NCBI GenBank assembly: GCA_951406725.2
Contig: OX597814.1
Span: 4,650,001 to 4,714,000, forward strand
DNA: 64,000 nucleotides
Direction: 5' to 3'
DNA from: Octopus vulgaris
Taxonomy: Eukaryota
The notes under the pieces are model-generated. The model was not told the origin of the DNA. It did no database searches and saw only the letters and a program-made list of their open reading frames with translations. Below, one piece after another: positions 12,653-26,061 of the stretch; within the stretch, counting starts at the first letter, position 1; each line of letters begins with the position of its first letter. The position numbers and the translations under genes are program-made.

Positions 12653-12656
<4 letters not shown>
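11981..12656 (+). mobile_element. pLTR/retrozyme-like unit with 92-bp terminal direct repeats
   Basis: 11981-12072 is repeated at 12565-12656 (period 584 bp). Flanked by TA repeats and contains a hammerhead. Confidence 0.75.
12375..12465 (+). ncRNA. type I hammerhead ribozyme
   Basis: CCTACG-CTGATGA-GAAA...TTTC-GAAA-CGTACG-TC-CGTAGG: canonical core, 6-bp stem I, palindromic stem III, GUC cleavage triplet. Confidence 0.88.
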
Positions 12657-12733
<77 letters not shown>

Positions 12734-12919
12734 TTATAAAATGAGATAGGGGTTGAAAATTCAACCCACCATGGGATAATATATATCCAATATACTGCTA
12801 GATAGGTACCCAACAAAAATAATACATAGATGTTAAAAATTGTCAAGCAATCAGTTCATGTAGTTATATATATATATATAGTTATATAATATATATATAT
12901 ATATAGTTATATAATGTAG

Positions 12920-12968
<49 letters not shown>

Positions 12969-12987
12969 TATACACACATATATATAT

Positions 12988-13051
<64 letters not shown>

Positions 13052-13076
13052 AGGTTTGGAGATGATGTACAGGTAT

Positions 13077-13270
13077 TATATATTAGAAGAAATGAGGTAA
13101 TCAGAACATCGGATGGTTCATGTTTATAGATATTTATTTATATATTACATTTTTTACATATATATGATATATATATATGTAATATATAAATATAAAAATG
13201 TAATATATAAATAAATATCTATAAACATGAACCATCCGATCTTCTGATTACCTCATTTCTTCTAATATAT
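13077..13270. repeat. ~190-bp palindrome within (TA)n
   Basis: TTAGAAGAAATGAGGTAATCAGAACATCGGATGGTTCATG... is mirrored by ...CATGAACCATCCGATCTTCTGATTACCTCATTTCTTCTAA. Confidence 0.85.
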
Positions 13271-13887
13271 ATATATATATATATATATTGATTACAGAAC
13301 AAACATCAAATTCGGGCCAACCACTTCATATAACGCCTCGCTTCCATACTTTTCATCATATATAAATATTACCATGGCCTTCGACATATAAAAGGAATAC
13401 ATATATAAAAGTAAAGAAGGTAAATATATATATATGCACATAAAAATGCAAAATATATAGAAAGGCCAATCAAGAAAAGGTATTTACAAATCGACTAAAA
13501 TGAGTAATCAAAAGATATTACTAAACCGTTTCAAGCGATTAAAAAACTAAAAAGTATCAATCGACTAAAAAAGAAAGCTTTTACTCCCCTCAATTAAAAA
13601 TATATCAAAATAGTTCGTTCCTCAAAAGTCATGGTAGGTTGAAGTCCAAGGAGCGTAAGCGAGTTCCATAAAATCAGGTCAAAACACAACTATGTTCACT
13701 GCTGCGGTCCGATTGCGAGTTAAAGCGCATCTTGGCAATGGCCCCCTCATCAGGATGAACTGGAATTTCACAAACAAGTCGTTCACAAGTCGTTCTCTGT
13801 CTCAATTTCATTTGAGCACTTCTTCTTTTTTTGCAGTCCTATAAGCCCTTTTGTCTCCATAAAATGCGGCAAAAAGTATTTCTTGTC

Positions 13888-14005
13888 TCGGTTCCGGGTT
13901 CAGTCCCACTACGTGGCACCTTGGGCAAGTGTCTTATACTATAGCCTCGGGCCGACCAAAGCCTTGTGAGTGGATTTGGTAGACGGAAACTGAAAGAAGC
14001 CCGTC

Positions 14006-14056
<51 letters not shown>

Positions 14057-14062
14057 TGTGTG

Positions 14063-14115
<53 letters not shown>

Positions 14116-14295
14116 TAGCATTGCTTGACAACCGATGCTGGTGTGTTTATGTCCCCGTTACTTAGCGGTTCGGCAGAAGAGACCGATAAAATAAGTACTG
14201 GGCTTACAAAAGAATAAGTCCCGGGGTCGAGTTGCTCGTTTAAAGGCGGTGCTCCAGCATGGCCGCGGTCAAATGACTGAAACGAGTAAAAGAGT
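13888..14295 (+). mobile_element. SINE B (head - internal microsatellite - tail)
   Basis: B box GGTTCAGTCCC, CORE-like GTGGCACCTTGGGCAAGTGTC, internal (TA)/(TG), conserved tail. Confidence 0.85.
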
Positions 14296-14509
14296 ATATA
14301 CCGGATTCAGGGATCGAGGTGGAGGAAGAAAGTTAGTTTCAAGCAATCCGTAGTAAAAATAAACACAACTTTCAGGGACAACAGTGGTTTATTGAAATAG
14401 AAGGCTGTAGATGTTTTCGTGTCGAAGTACGATAAACTGTAAAAAGTTATTTTCCTATTTCACGATAGCGACCAAGGTTGCCGTAGCCCGCATCTCATCT
14501 ACTTCATTA

Positions 14510-14857
14510 TATAAACAAGAAAAAAGCAACAAGAATGGATTAGTTGTTCAGTACGAAGAACAGATTTATTGAAAGCTGCAAATATTGCAGCAAATACAAT
14601 TTTATAAAACTGTGCATCATTAGAGAACTTTTGAAGTCTACTTACAATCTAACTTTGCTTTTTATAGAACTCTCTTCGATACTTCATGAGTGTAGCCTCA
14701 CCCTCTAGGATGTTTGGAAAACTCATATGTGTTTTGGCTGATGAATACGGGACACTTGTATTTGCTGCAATATTTGCAGCTTTTAATAAAGCTGTTCTTC
14801 GTATGAAACAATTGTACTGAACAACTAATCCATTCTTGTTGCTTTTTTCTTGTTTAT
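14510..14857. mobile_element. MITE/foldback element with ~90-100-bp inverted arms
   Basis: 14510-14600 is the reverse complement of 14756-14857 apart from a ~14-bp indel. TA at both ends. Confidence 0.65.
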
Positions 14858-14974
14858 AATCACCCCACATTATTGTATGGTTAATACCATAAAGATTTCT
14901 GGTGCATCTAAGTTAAGTACCATATTCATGTGAATTCATTGGAACTCACTTGAATCTTAATTGTTTTTACTTCA

Positions 14975-16561
14975 TTAGTGTTGGGAATTTCCCTCGTAAA
15001 GATCGCCTTGATCAATAGTATATATACGATCAACACTTGATAAAAACATATTGAACGGATGATAAAGCAAAGAAGAAAATGGAGAGAATAAACAATGGAC
15101 AAGCAGCAACCAGCAAACTTCACTTCGGTGCATATCACTGCTCACGCCATTGATATACACTGACGAGATGAGGATAACTTGGAAGCAACAAAATCGAGAT
15201 GTTTTAAATTGCCGCAAATAATGTAAGCGTCTGTCCTGATCAAAAAGCTTATCCGTCGGAGAAGACATGGTCTGACATGAGATAAAAACAAAATTGAAAT
15301 AAGGGCATTTTATTGTGAAATTGCCTGCCAATGACGGAATACTCAGCTAGTCGTGCAACAATATATACTAAACATTATCTGTATATTGGACTGTAATGTA
15401 ACATACGGTTACCAACATACCGTAAACTGAAATATATGCGGACATGGTCTACATACCATACTGTATATAAGGCGGCGAGCTGGCAGAAACGGTAGCACGC
15501 CGTGAGAAATGCGAAGCCGTATTTCGTCTGCCGTTACGTTCTGAGTTCAAATTCCGCCGAGGTCGACTTTGCCTTTCATCCTTTCGGGGTCGATAAATTA
15601 AGTACCAGTTACGCACTGGGGTCGATGGAATCGACTTAATCCCTTTGTCTGTCCTTGTTTGTCCCCTTTATGTTTGGCCCCTTGTGGGTAGTAAAGAAAT
15701 ATATTTACCATACTGTGAAGCATGTACTAACATTATCTATCAAACGGTTCTATCATTATCTCTTATTATTATTCGATTCCCAAACGCATCGTGCAGTGGT
15801 TTTTGCACCAAACTGATCCATATTGTTCAGTCTAAGTGCTTCTATAATTTCGTAAAAGTACCACGTCGAATAAAGAACTGTCTGCTGTTATACTTCATCC
15901 GACATGACATCGTGTCTCCATGTTTGTTTTTAAAAGGCTGACCATTATTCTGTAAACAACAGAAGATTTGAAGGCTTAGCTAACGCCATTATCACTTGAG
16001 ATATTCTACAGTAATATTTACAAGGAAACTATCTTTGCGGGACATGATTTCCCCGGAGTATTCGACCCTGCCTGAATATTCGGTGATATCATTCAGGTTT
16101 ATATAACACTTAGCAACAGATTTTATGGCGTTGTTTTTTTAAAGGAAGATCATGGCGGTTAGTTTTTGATCTTGATTTTCTTTGTGTCTTTCGTTTTCGA
16201 TGGGTGGGCGGACAGAGAAGACTCCCGAGAAGGAGATGAAGGCAGCGGCGGCTTCTATAAAAACAGCTTCCATGCGTGACTTCTTTATAGAGAAATTTTA
16301 AATTTTTGGCAGCTCTTTTCCAATTAGAAATGCTTCTTTGACAAAACATTGATGTCAATCGACAAATTATTGCTTTCCCTTTACCACGGCTACGACTGCA
16401 ACAAGCCAGGAATTTATCTAATATTTAATGCTTTTTTTATATATTTTTTTTCGTTTTTGTCGCACAAATATTATATTTTTAATATGGAAAATTTGAAAAC
16501 TGTATTTGTATAAGGCTGTCGGTTTTGATTGGTTTAGAAAATGCTCTGTTTGATATATATT

Positions 16562-16633
<72 letters not shown>

Positions 16634-16727
16634 CATATATATATACACACACAAATATTCATATATATGTACATACACACACGTTCAAACATGTCACTCT
16701 CTTTGTCTCTGTCTCTCACTATAAATA

Positions 16728-16779
<52 letters not shown>

Positions 16780-16810
16780 ATATATGTGTACATACATATA
16801 TATATATATG

Positions 16811-16842
<32 letters not shown>

Positions 16843-16953
16843 TGTATCCCCTTAAGAATCGCTCATCATCCGTTCAATATGTTCTTATCAAGTGTTGATC
16901 GTATATATATTATTGATCAAGGCGATCTTTACGAGGGAAATTCCCAACACTAA
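14975..16953. mobile_element. ~2-kb segment bounded by 89-bp inverted repeats
   Basis: 14975-15063 and 16865-16953 are near-identical reverse complements starting TAGTGTTGGGAATTTCCC. Confidence 0.5.
15470..15702 (+). mobile_element. SINE A monomer
   Basis: Full head, core and tail, with TSD-like TACCATACTGT on both sides. Confidence 0.88.
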
Positions 16954-17356
16954 CCTACCAATATGGCGGTTTAAACCGTGTTTGTCCAATAAACTGGATC
17001 TGACTATGAAATAGCATCCATCCACACAGAGAGCCATCAATACCGGCAGCCATTAACACACACTACTACCCATACACGTCACCACTCATACACACTACCA
17101 TCCATCCCTGTCATCCAGCCACCCCTACCGTCCACCCACTGCAATCTGAATCCTGTTTGATTGTTTTGGAGGAAGATTTTTCGAAGGCGAATTTTGCAGT
17201 GGGAGAGAAATTCAAAGTGGAGACGCTCGGTGGAAGTAGGATTTGGTGTGGAAGTTAGTTAACTGTGGAAGTAGAGGGAAATATGGGCGTCGAGAGGAAG
17301 GGAGACGAACATGTCAGGAGTACCAGGAAAAAGATGGTATCCAATTAATCCGTTCT

Positions 17357-17963
17357 AAGGCGGCGAGCTGGCAGAAACGTTAGCGCGCCGGGCGAAATAC
17401 TCAGCGGTATTTCGTCTGCCACTACGTTCTGAGTTCAAATTCTGCCGAGGTCAACTTTGGCTTTCATCCTTTCGGGGTCGATAAATTAAGTACCAGTTAC
17501 GCACTGGGGTCGATATAATCGACTTAATCCGTTTGTCTGTCCTTGTTTGTCCCTTCTGTGTTTAGCCCCTTGAGAGTAGTAAAGAAATAGAAATAGGTAT
17601 TTCGTGTGTCGTTACGTTCTGAGTTTAAATTCCGCCGAGGTCGATTGTGCCTTTCATCCTTTCGGGGTCGATAAATTAAGTACCAGTTGCGCACTGGGGT
17701 CGATGCAATCGACTTAATACTTATGTTTGTCCTTGTTTGTCCTTTCTATGTTTAGCCCCTTGAGGGTAGTAAAGAAATAGGTATTTCGTCTGCCGTTACG
17801 TTCTGAGTTCAAATTCCGCCGAGGTCGACTTTGGTTTTCATCTTTTCGGGGTCGATAAATTAAGTACCAGTTACGCACTGGGGTCGATGTAATCGACTTA
17901 ATCCGTTTTTCTGTCCTTGTTTGTCCCTTCTGTGTTTAGCCCCTTGAGGGTAGTAAAGAAATA
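17357..17963 (+). mobile_element. SINE A trimer with ~21-bp TSD
   Basis: GGTATCCAATTA(A/G)TC(C/T)GTTCT at 17336-17356 and 17964-17984. Confidence 0.9.
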
Positions 17964-19084
17964 GGTATCCAATTAGTCTGTTCTGAATGACCAGAAACTA
18001 CGGTAAGCGTTGTATGTGCACTATAAACACTACAGCTGTACTACAAACATTTTAGTTGTACTATAGATATTGTAGTCGTACTATAAATAGTGCGCAAGTA
18101 TTATATGTACTGTAGCTCAACTATAAGCACTGTACTCAGCAAGTGTAATCAAAGTTATCGATACAGTGTATAAACGCAATATCACAGGCAGAATGATTAT
18201 ATTTTTTCTTGGGTGTGGACAAAAAAAAGATCGTTGAATCCAAATCATATTCTTCAGTGCAGAAAATCTAAGCCACAAGCCAAAACAATACGATAAAAGA
18301 AACCTTTTTTTTTGTGTGTGTGTGTGGGAAATGAAATAAGATTCATATCTTTATTGGTGCAAAAGAACAGAATAAGTCCATCAATTGGTTGATGAAAAAA
18401 TTCCTTTGGGCTGAACTTTATCGATAACAGACTTTTTTTTGTTTACTTTTGGAAGTAATTACGTCAACAAAATTCTTTTTTAAACTCTATAAAATCGTTG
18501 TCAGAGAAAATAAATTTAATTCGAAATCTCACAGCAACAGAAGTTACGTAAGATAAAAAGAAATGGAGAAGTTTATGGGTTTTATTTGACTACAAGATTA
18601 AAACTATAGCTAAGACTAACATCAGCTGTAATGATTGCTTTGGAAGATGTCGGTCGGTGATCCGTGGCAGATAAGAGATCAGTATAAACTGAAGAATAAT
18701 TGTGTTAGAGCGAGATTTGTAGGAATATGTTGTTACATAAGGTACATTTGGTACAGTAACAGTTCATTGATGAAAGTAAATGAAGAAATAACTGGATGAG
18801 TGATAGCCCGAAACATCATCTGGTGATTTTGATTGCGTAAATGTTTACGAAAGAATCAGCTCAACAAAACATGGGATATACAAGAATATCGAGCTGAAAT
18901 GTTGTCATGGCATCCATGAAATAAGATTAAAAAAGAACAAGAAAACATGGAAAGCAACATATTTAATAACAAATATATCAGGTTACCCAAGATCCGGGAA
19001 TCCAAATCGAAAGAAGGCCGACCATAAATATACCAGCATCCAGGCACCAACCATCCTGGTTTACCATTATATAACTAATCATCT

Positions 19085-19503
19085 TTTATCTTTTACTTGT
19101 TTCAGTCGTTAGACTGCGGCCATACTGGGGCACCGCCTTGAAGAATTTTAGTCGAACGAATCGACTCCAGGACGTTTTTTAAGCCTGGTACTTATTCTAT
19201 CGGTCTCTGTTGACGAACCACTAAGTTGCGGGGACATAAACACACCAACACCGGTTATCAAACAATGACGGGGAGGACAAACACATATATAAACACACAC
19301 ACACACGCACACACACACATGCACATGCGCAGACACATGTATCCACGACAGGCTTCTTTCAGTTTCCGTCTCCTAAATCCAATCACAGGACTTTAGTCTG
19401 TCTGCCCAAGGTGCCACTTGCGGAAGGTGACATTCAGTGGGACTGAACTCAGAACCATTTGGTTGAGAAGCAAACTTCTTACCACACAGTCACGCCTGCG
19501 CCT
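19085..19503 (-). mobile_element. SINE B, diverged
   Basis: Head at about 19503, internal (CA)n, tail at about 19085. Confidence 0.8.
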
Positions 19504-19541
19504 ATTACTGTAGCGTATATAACAGTATGCCACTCGAAAAG

Positions 19542-19718
19542 CTCCACTCAAGCAGCTACACTCAAACAGCTACACTCAAGCAGATCCACTCAAACAGTAC
19601 CAGTCAAACAGCTCCACTCAGGCAGATCCACTCAAACAGCACCACTCAAACAGCTCCACTCAGGCAGCTCCACTCTAACAGCTCCACTCAAGCAGCTCCA
19701 CTCAAACAGCTCCACTCT
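19542..19718. repeat. 14-bp minisatellite (CCACTCAAACAGCT)n
   Basis: About 12-13 degenerate copies. Confidence 0.85.
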
Positions 19719-20314
19719 CTCATTGCTGCATCTAATACAACTCTCCCACTCAAACTCTTTATAGTAGAGTGTCAACATTAACTCTATCCCACGTATCATA
19801 CTCTCTGAAAATAGAGCCCCTGGAAGCCCATTTTCGGCTCCTTTTAAACAAGTTAGTGGCTTCCACGCTGAGACCGCCGCTCCAAAGTCGAATACATAAA
19901 GTTGTTGAACACCAACACATGATATTTGAGTTCAAATCTACTTCAGCACAACCACCACCACCGCCGCCAACAGCTAAACTCATAGCCTCTGGATTGCAAA
20001 TGGTTCACTGCTGCCATGTTGTTCCAGATACGCGAGATCTGTTGACGGGTAAATAATGTCCCCTTTGCACCTTCATAGCGAAACCCATCCCCTCGACCCA
20101 AATTACATTCACGCATCCATCGCAAACGGATGCAGCTTCTTGGGGTTTTCTTCTGTTTCTTTCTATTACTCTCTTTAAGTTCTCTCCTTCAAACATTTCT
20201 GCGTCGAAACCGAGACAGGAGCGACCATCCTGTTGTATTGCAGTTCAGTTGAATAACAGGGGAATGCTATCTGCCGTGGTTTGGTGTCTTATCCAGGAGA
20301 CATTGTACTTATTT

Positions 20315-20655
20315 GTGATGTTATTATTGGTCCGATGATGCTTGAAGCAGGTTCGAATTGAAGAAGCAAGCTATTCACTGCGTTTTCTCACGGAGAATAA
20401 TATCTCGCTTGTTGACAAATGGTGTGCATACGCCGTGATCAGCTCGCAGCGCCACCTACCGAGACTATGAGATGTTAACATTTCGGAGGATTTGTCTCCA
20501 CAGTCTAGGTAGGTGGCGCTGTGAGCTGATCTAGATGTATACACACCATTTGTCAACAGGCGAGATCTATTCTCTGTGACAAAACGCAGTGAGTAGCTTC
20601 ATCCCCAGTTCGAACGTGACTCAAGCATTTTCGGGCTAATGATAACATTGTAATT
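20315..20655. mobile_element. MITE-like foldback element, ~150-bp arms
   Basis: TTGACAAATGGTGTG...CAGCGCCACCTACC is mirrored by GGTAGGTGGCGCTG...CACACCATTTGTCAA. Confidence 0.75.
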
Positions 20656-20849
20656 TCATCGATCACTGCTTAGCGCTCCCGCTCCCTTATTCGTGCATAT
20701 TTATTTATTGAACCATGGGCCGGCAACCCATATATAACCATTGCTACTTATTGACACACACCACGTACTTGCGGACATTTTACGTTTTATGTATTCTCTC
20801 CCTTCCTCAAAGTCCAACTCTTGATCTCATCGTGGTGGGAAGATTAAAC

Positions 20850-23815
20850 AAGTGAGTATCAGGGCTATGCCGTCGAGGATTTCGAGTTCCTGGCAGGGCC
20901 ACCCAAGGCGGACAGGTCTGACACCAGTAGCGCTAGGGCCTCAACCTGGCTGACTGGAGAGCAATGATAAATTCCAGGCGGCACCTGTTCCGGAACCCGG
21001 CGGCTTCCTACTGACGTTGGATCGCATCTGCGACGAGAAGGCGTAAAACGAGGACCACCTTTCACCGGTCGTGTATAAAGAAAGCAGCGGCCTCTACCTG
21101 TACAGACGGGAACTGTTTTCTCGGACTCTGATCATCCTTTGAAACTCCAATGAAACTCACAACGAAACAACTATTCAGTAAATGCTACACCGACCACGCA
21201 ATCCGACGCGCTCCACTCTTCACCGGTGGGGAGCGGGCGAACAATGGGCTTCTCAATCACAGAAGCAGCAGCTTCGTGGCTTGTTGGAATGTCCACACGC
21301 TCTTATCTGCAGAGGTTCAAACGCTCACCATGCATATACGCTCTTATAAATATGGTGTCGATGTTGCTTGCCCTCCCGCGGTTCGACCAACTGACTCTGA
21401 CCACAAGGTCATTCAGGTGCCACAATCGACAGCCACATACCATCTCTGCCATAGTGGCGTGTCAGACAACTCAGGTCGACATGATATGGCCTTGGCTTTG
21501 AACGACATTGCAAATGCGGCACTGTTGGCATGGCAGCCGTTTTCTGAACGTCTTGCTCGAACCAACCTCAAAAGCGCCGTCTTCAACACCACGATCGTTG
21601 CTGTGTGTGCACCAACCCTTGGCGTCGAGGGACGCATTTTATGATGCCCCTCAGTCTCTCCCACGTCGCGTCCCGTCAGGTGATATGCTGATTGTGGATG
21701 GTGACTGGAACGCGCGGGCATGCCAATATGATGACGTTACACTGGGAATAGTCGACAAATTTGGTGTAGGTGACCATTGCGGGAATGGCGATCGCACGAT
21801 TAGCTTGGCAGCAATAAACAAGTTGGTGGTAACGAACACCCGTTTCGAACACTCTTTTAGACACTTCAAACGACGGTCGAACAGTCAACCAAATCGATTA
21901 TAACTTTGTACGATCTCGTTGATCTAGTTGTGTCTTTGATTGTTTACAGAGGAGCAGAAACAGCGAATTTCAGTGGTTCCGACCATATTCTGGTTCATGC
22001 CATGCTACGCCTCCGCTTGAAGTCCTTGGAAAGCCTTCATCTTTTGTCAAAGTGGATACAGACATACTTCAGTTCTCCCGAAGTAGCTGTGCGTTTTTCA
22101 GCTCGAGATAAGAAGTAGATTCGACGGTCAAAGAGCACTGGCTCTCTTTCAAAAGCAATGTTCAAGAAATTGCTCGAAATCAGGCGCCAACGAAAGGATT
22201 GGATTTACCAGTACAATATCTCACTTGTCAAGAAGGCAACTGATGCACGAATTAGTACTGAACCGAGACATCACGCGCTGAGACGATAGACTAATCGCTC
22301 AGCTCTCGCCGATTTCAATCGATCCTGACGTTCGGTTGCAACAGACACCGAAAAGCCTACTGCAGGGGGCGACATCCGTAAGCTATACCAGCTTCTGAAA
22401 ATGACTACAAGAGGCTTAAATGGCCTAAGTGAAACGGTTTTGACGAGCAAGGCAATGTCTTATCCAATCTCTGAGACCGCATCAACCGATGGCGACTACA
22501 CCATTTCGAAGGATTACTAAATCATGACCCGCCAGCTCGACAGCTTTCCCAAGACCATGAAATTGCTGATCGTCGGTCGAAGAAATCGCAGAGGTAATCA
22601 GAAATTTAAAGAATGGCAAAGCTACGGGCTAAGACGGCCTACCAGTGGAGCTCTTTAAGTGCTGTCCTGATGCCATGGCACGATGGCTGCGTCTGGGAAC
22701 CCGAAGAAACCCCACAAGATTGGAGTGACTCGATCCTCTTTCCGTTTTACAAGAAACGTGAGAAGCGCCTCCGTAGCAATTATCGGGCTATAAGCATTAT
22801 TGATGTCGCATCGAAGATCTTCCCAATTCTCCTTCTGAGATGCTTTCAGGAGGTACGTCACAGAAGTACCCGACCGAACCAAAGCGGTTTTCGACGAGGA
22901 GGAGGCTACATAGATCATATTTTCACCCTACACCGAGTCCTGGAACCATAATTGTGCTATCAACAGGCCACCGTGGTGTGCTTTGATTCGATGGACCATA
23001 CCAGCTTATGAGAGGTCATGAGGCGAGACGGTTTTCCAACCAAGCTTTTCAACTTTATCCGTGCGTATTATGCCCATAGGAGAACCTGTGTTCGGTGCTA
23101 CGGGGAGAAGTTCGATTTCTTCACCGTTGAAACGGGCGTTCACCAAGATTGTGTCCTATCGCCTACACTTTTCAATTTTGTCATCGATTGGAAATTCAAC
23201 CAAAGTGTAGATGATCTCTATGGATCGAGAAGTGATTTCTCGGTCACTGAACTTGACTTTGCCGCCGACGTTGCCATCCTAGAGGAGTCTTGTGGCGACA
23301 TACAACACGCTCTTGATGAGATAACCCCCCCCCCACCGCAAGGGTTGGAACGAAGATCAACGCCTTGAAAACGAAGGTCCTGTCAGCCAACATACTCCTC
23401 TCCTGCAAGGTCACTGTTCATCTTGATGGAGAGGCTGTGGAAGAGGTTGATGAGTTCATATATCTCGGACCCACCTTTACTCTTCTGATGAGGAGATTGC
23501 GGTGGTTTAGTCACGCGTTGCGGCACCCCATGACGAACTCGTCCGGAAGGTGATGACACCAGATCCTGCTCCAGGTTAGCGTAGGCAGAAAGGTGATCAG
23601 CTGAAGACGTGACTCACGACAGTCAAAGCGGACATGGAGCTCGCTTCCGGCACTCCGAGTCTTTGCCGATGGTTGCCGGAACCGGGAATAGTTTCAACAC
23701 GCTATAGAATCGGCCGCCATCAGACGCACATGGACCGCTTGATCCCCTGATGCGGTGAACTCAACAGGAGCCGGCCTAAACCCTCCCGAGTAGAAGCCTT
23801 TGCAAGACAACAAGA
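20850..23815 (+). pseudogene. decayed RTE-clade LINE (APE endonuclease + reverse transcriptase)
   Basis: VACWNVHTL, IVDGDWNAR, GSDHILV, PQDWSDSILFPFYKK, NYRAISII, QSGFRRG..IDHIFTL, GVHQDCVLSPTLFN, LDFAADVAIL, RRLRWFSHALR. Many stops and frameshifts. Ends in a CAAG-type tail. Confidence 0.9.
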
Positions 23816-24876
23816 AATATTCTCTCCCCAGCAAACAGTGTCAAACATCAATCTTAAATCGGATTATATGGAACAATGTCAGTGCGTCGGACATCAGTGC
23901 GTCGTACAAAATGCTCACTGATATTTCTTTCTGCTCTTTTACGTTTTAACATCATATTTAGCCGAAGTCGATTTCGCCTTTCGTCCTTTCGAGGTCTATA
24001 AAATAAAGTACGATAAAGTACTCGGGGAGATGTAATCAACTTGCCCACACCCTTCCCCTAAAATTGCTGGTCTGGTGCCGAAATCTGAAAACCCTATTTT
24101 TTTTACCCATATATAAATCTCGCGTGCCTGGAACAACATGGCAGCAGTGTACGATTTGAAATCCTGAGGCAACGAGTCTAGTTGTTGGTGGTGGTCGTCG
24201 TGGTGGGAGGTCTGAAGGAAGCAACTGGAAATAATCCCATTGTAAACATACACGAATCCTTATGTGAATGTTAGTTGCGTATCATGGCCCTAATATTTAA
24301 TATAATTATGGTAGCGGAGGGAGGATGTCTCTTAAAATCCACCTGATGTGTAACTCCGTAGTCAGGCTGCAAGACGAAATTATCAATGAAGTGAACAACA
24401 GATTCGGCCATATTGTTAAATAATCTCCTGATACAAACAGAGATTGTGTAAAACCAACAACACGGGTGGAAGGGGAGGGATGTTGTAAACGGGTGGAAAG
24501 TGGGAGTAGTTAGGGAGAGAGAAAGAGAGAAAGCAGCAACACTAACTTTCAACTTGGTAATAATCATATACAAGAAAACTAATTGTATATAATTAAAAAT
24601 AATGATATACAATGAAAATTTAAATATAGATTACTGCCTCTCAGCGACATTTATATTGATTTTATATCGACACAAGACCCGAAATGATTAAGAAAGGATG
24701 TAGTCGATTAAATTGACCACACCGCTTGACCAGTAATTATTTCTGGAATTTGATGTCAGAAAGTGAAATATCTACTTAATCCAACACCCTAACACCACCA
24801 CCACACGCTCTGTCAGCCACCGCCCTGGGCCAACAAACTTATTTTCTGGTTACATTAATATTTAAGACGTGTAAGG

Positions 24877-25062
24877 CGGGTGAGCTGGCAGAATCGTTAG
24901 CGCGCCGGACGAGGTGCTTTGCGACATCTCTTCCGATTTTACGACTTTACCTTTAATCCTTTCGGGATCGATAAAATGAGTAGCAGTTGAACACTGGGGT
25001 CGATATAATCGACATACCTGTCCCCAGAAACTGCTGGCCTTGTGCTAAAATTTGAAGCCAAT
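24877..25062 (+). mobile_element. diverged SINE A with TSD
   Basis: TTAAGACGTGT on both sides, with head and core recognisable. Confidence 0.75.
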
Positions 25063-26061
25063 CCTTAAGACGTGTCCCGGGTCAACACCGGCAGTTGGAC
25101 CTTGGGTGGCTTTAGTGGCTTCTCGTACAAATATTTGAACCAGGTTTCTTCTTTCAGTATAACTTATTCCTTCCTTCCATCAGGTTTGGGCGACGGCTGG
25201 GATCCTGGATAGGGTGATGGACGCCGCCTTCTACCCATGACTACTCCATTAAAAAAACTCCCACGCAACACGTTAAAGGTTTGTTGCTGCAACAGCAGAC
25301 TGCAACTGTAACAAGTTGCATCCGTAAAATATTGCAGTAAAAGCATGTTTCCCTGTCGCTAAGATGAACAACCGCCCCCTTCTCCCGCCGCCTCCTCCCA
25401 TAAGCCCCGTCTAAAACCAACGGAAATCTACTAAAATCCACCAGATTTAGACGATAAGTGACAATTAAGGGCCACAAAATGATTAAAAGACATATTTTCA
25501 GATTTAGTAAAGTGTTTAATCCAGGTACCCTCTAAGGTTTACATAGCTTAGGGCCTCAGCCCGTCTAAACCCAGCAAATACTACAGCACCACCCTAACTA
25601 CAACATCTCTCCCACTCGCTCTAGACACATCTCCAACACACCACATCATCATCATCATCATTGCACCATCTTAAAAAGCCGCTGTTCCTCCCACTCTGTC
25701 CAGACAAACAGCAAAGCACACCCACGCATAAACGCGCGCGCAGGCATGCACATACCTACACACACACATCAGTGTGGGCCGTATCAACAGCATCGTTAGA
25801 GCCGCCCACTCAACAATGACAAGAGAACAACATTTACCGCAATGCGATCCACCAAACTCTGTCCGCCTCCGCTCAATTCGCCACCAAAGTCTTCAGGTAC
25901 ATCGATACAATCAACCAGCGACAGAGCTTCTACATCCGTGGTTCCCAACCGCGGTTCATATGACCATTCGGGGAATGAAAGAGGGGGCGTTATAGGATGT
26001 CAAAATCTACCCGCCATAAACAGGTCACACTTCTACAATACACAAGATATTTTATAAATTT

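Noticed and set aside
13520-13760. Minus-strand CTGATGA and GAAAC motifs (also 53381- and 37527+)
   Set aside because: Pairing is incomplete. They may be decayed hammerheads but this is not supportable.
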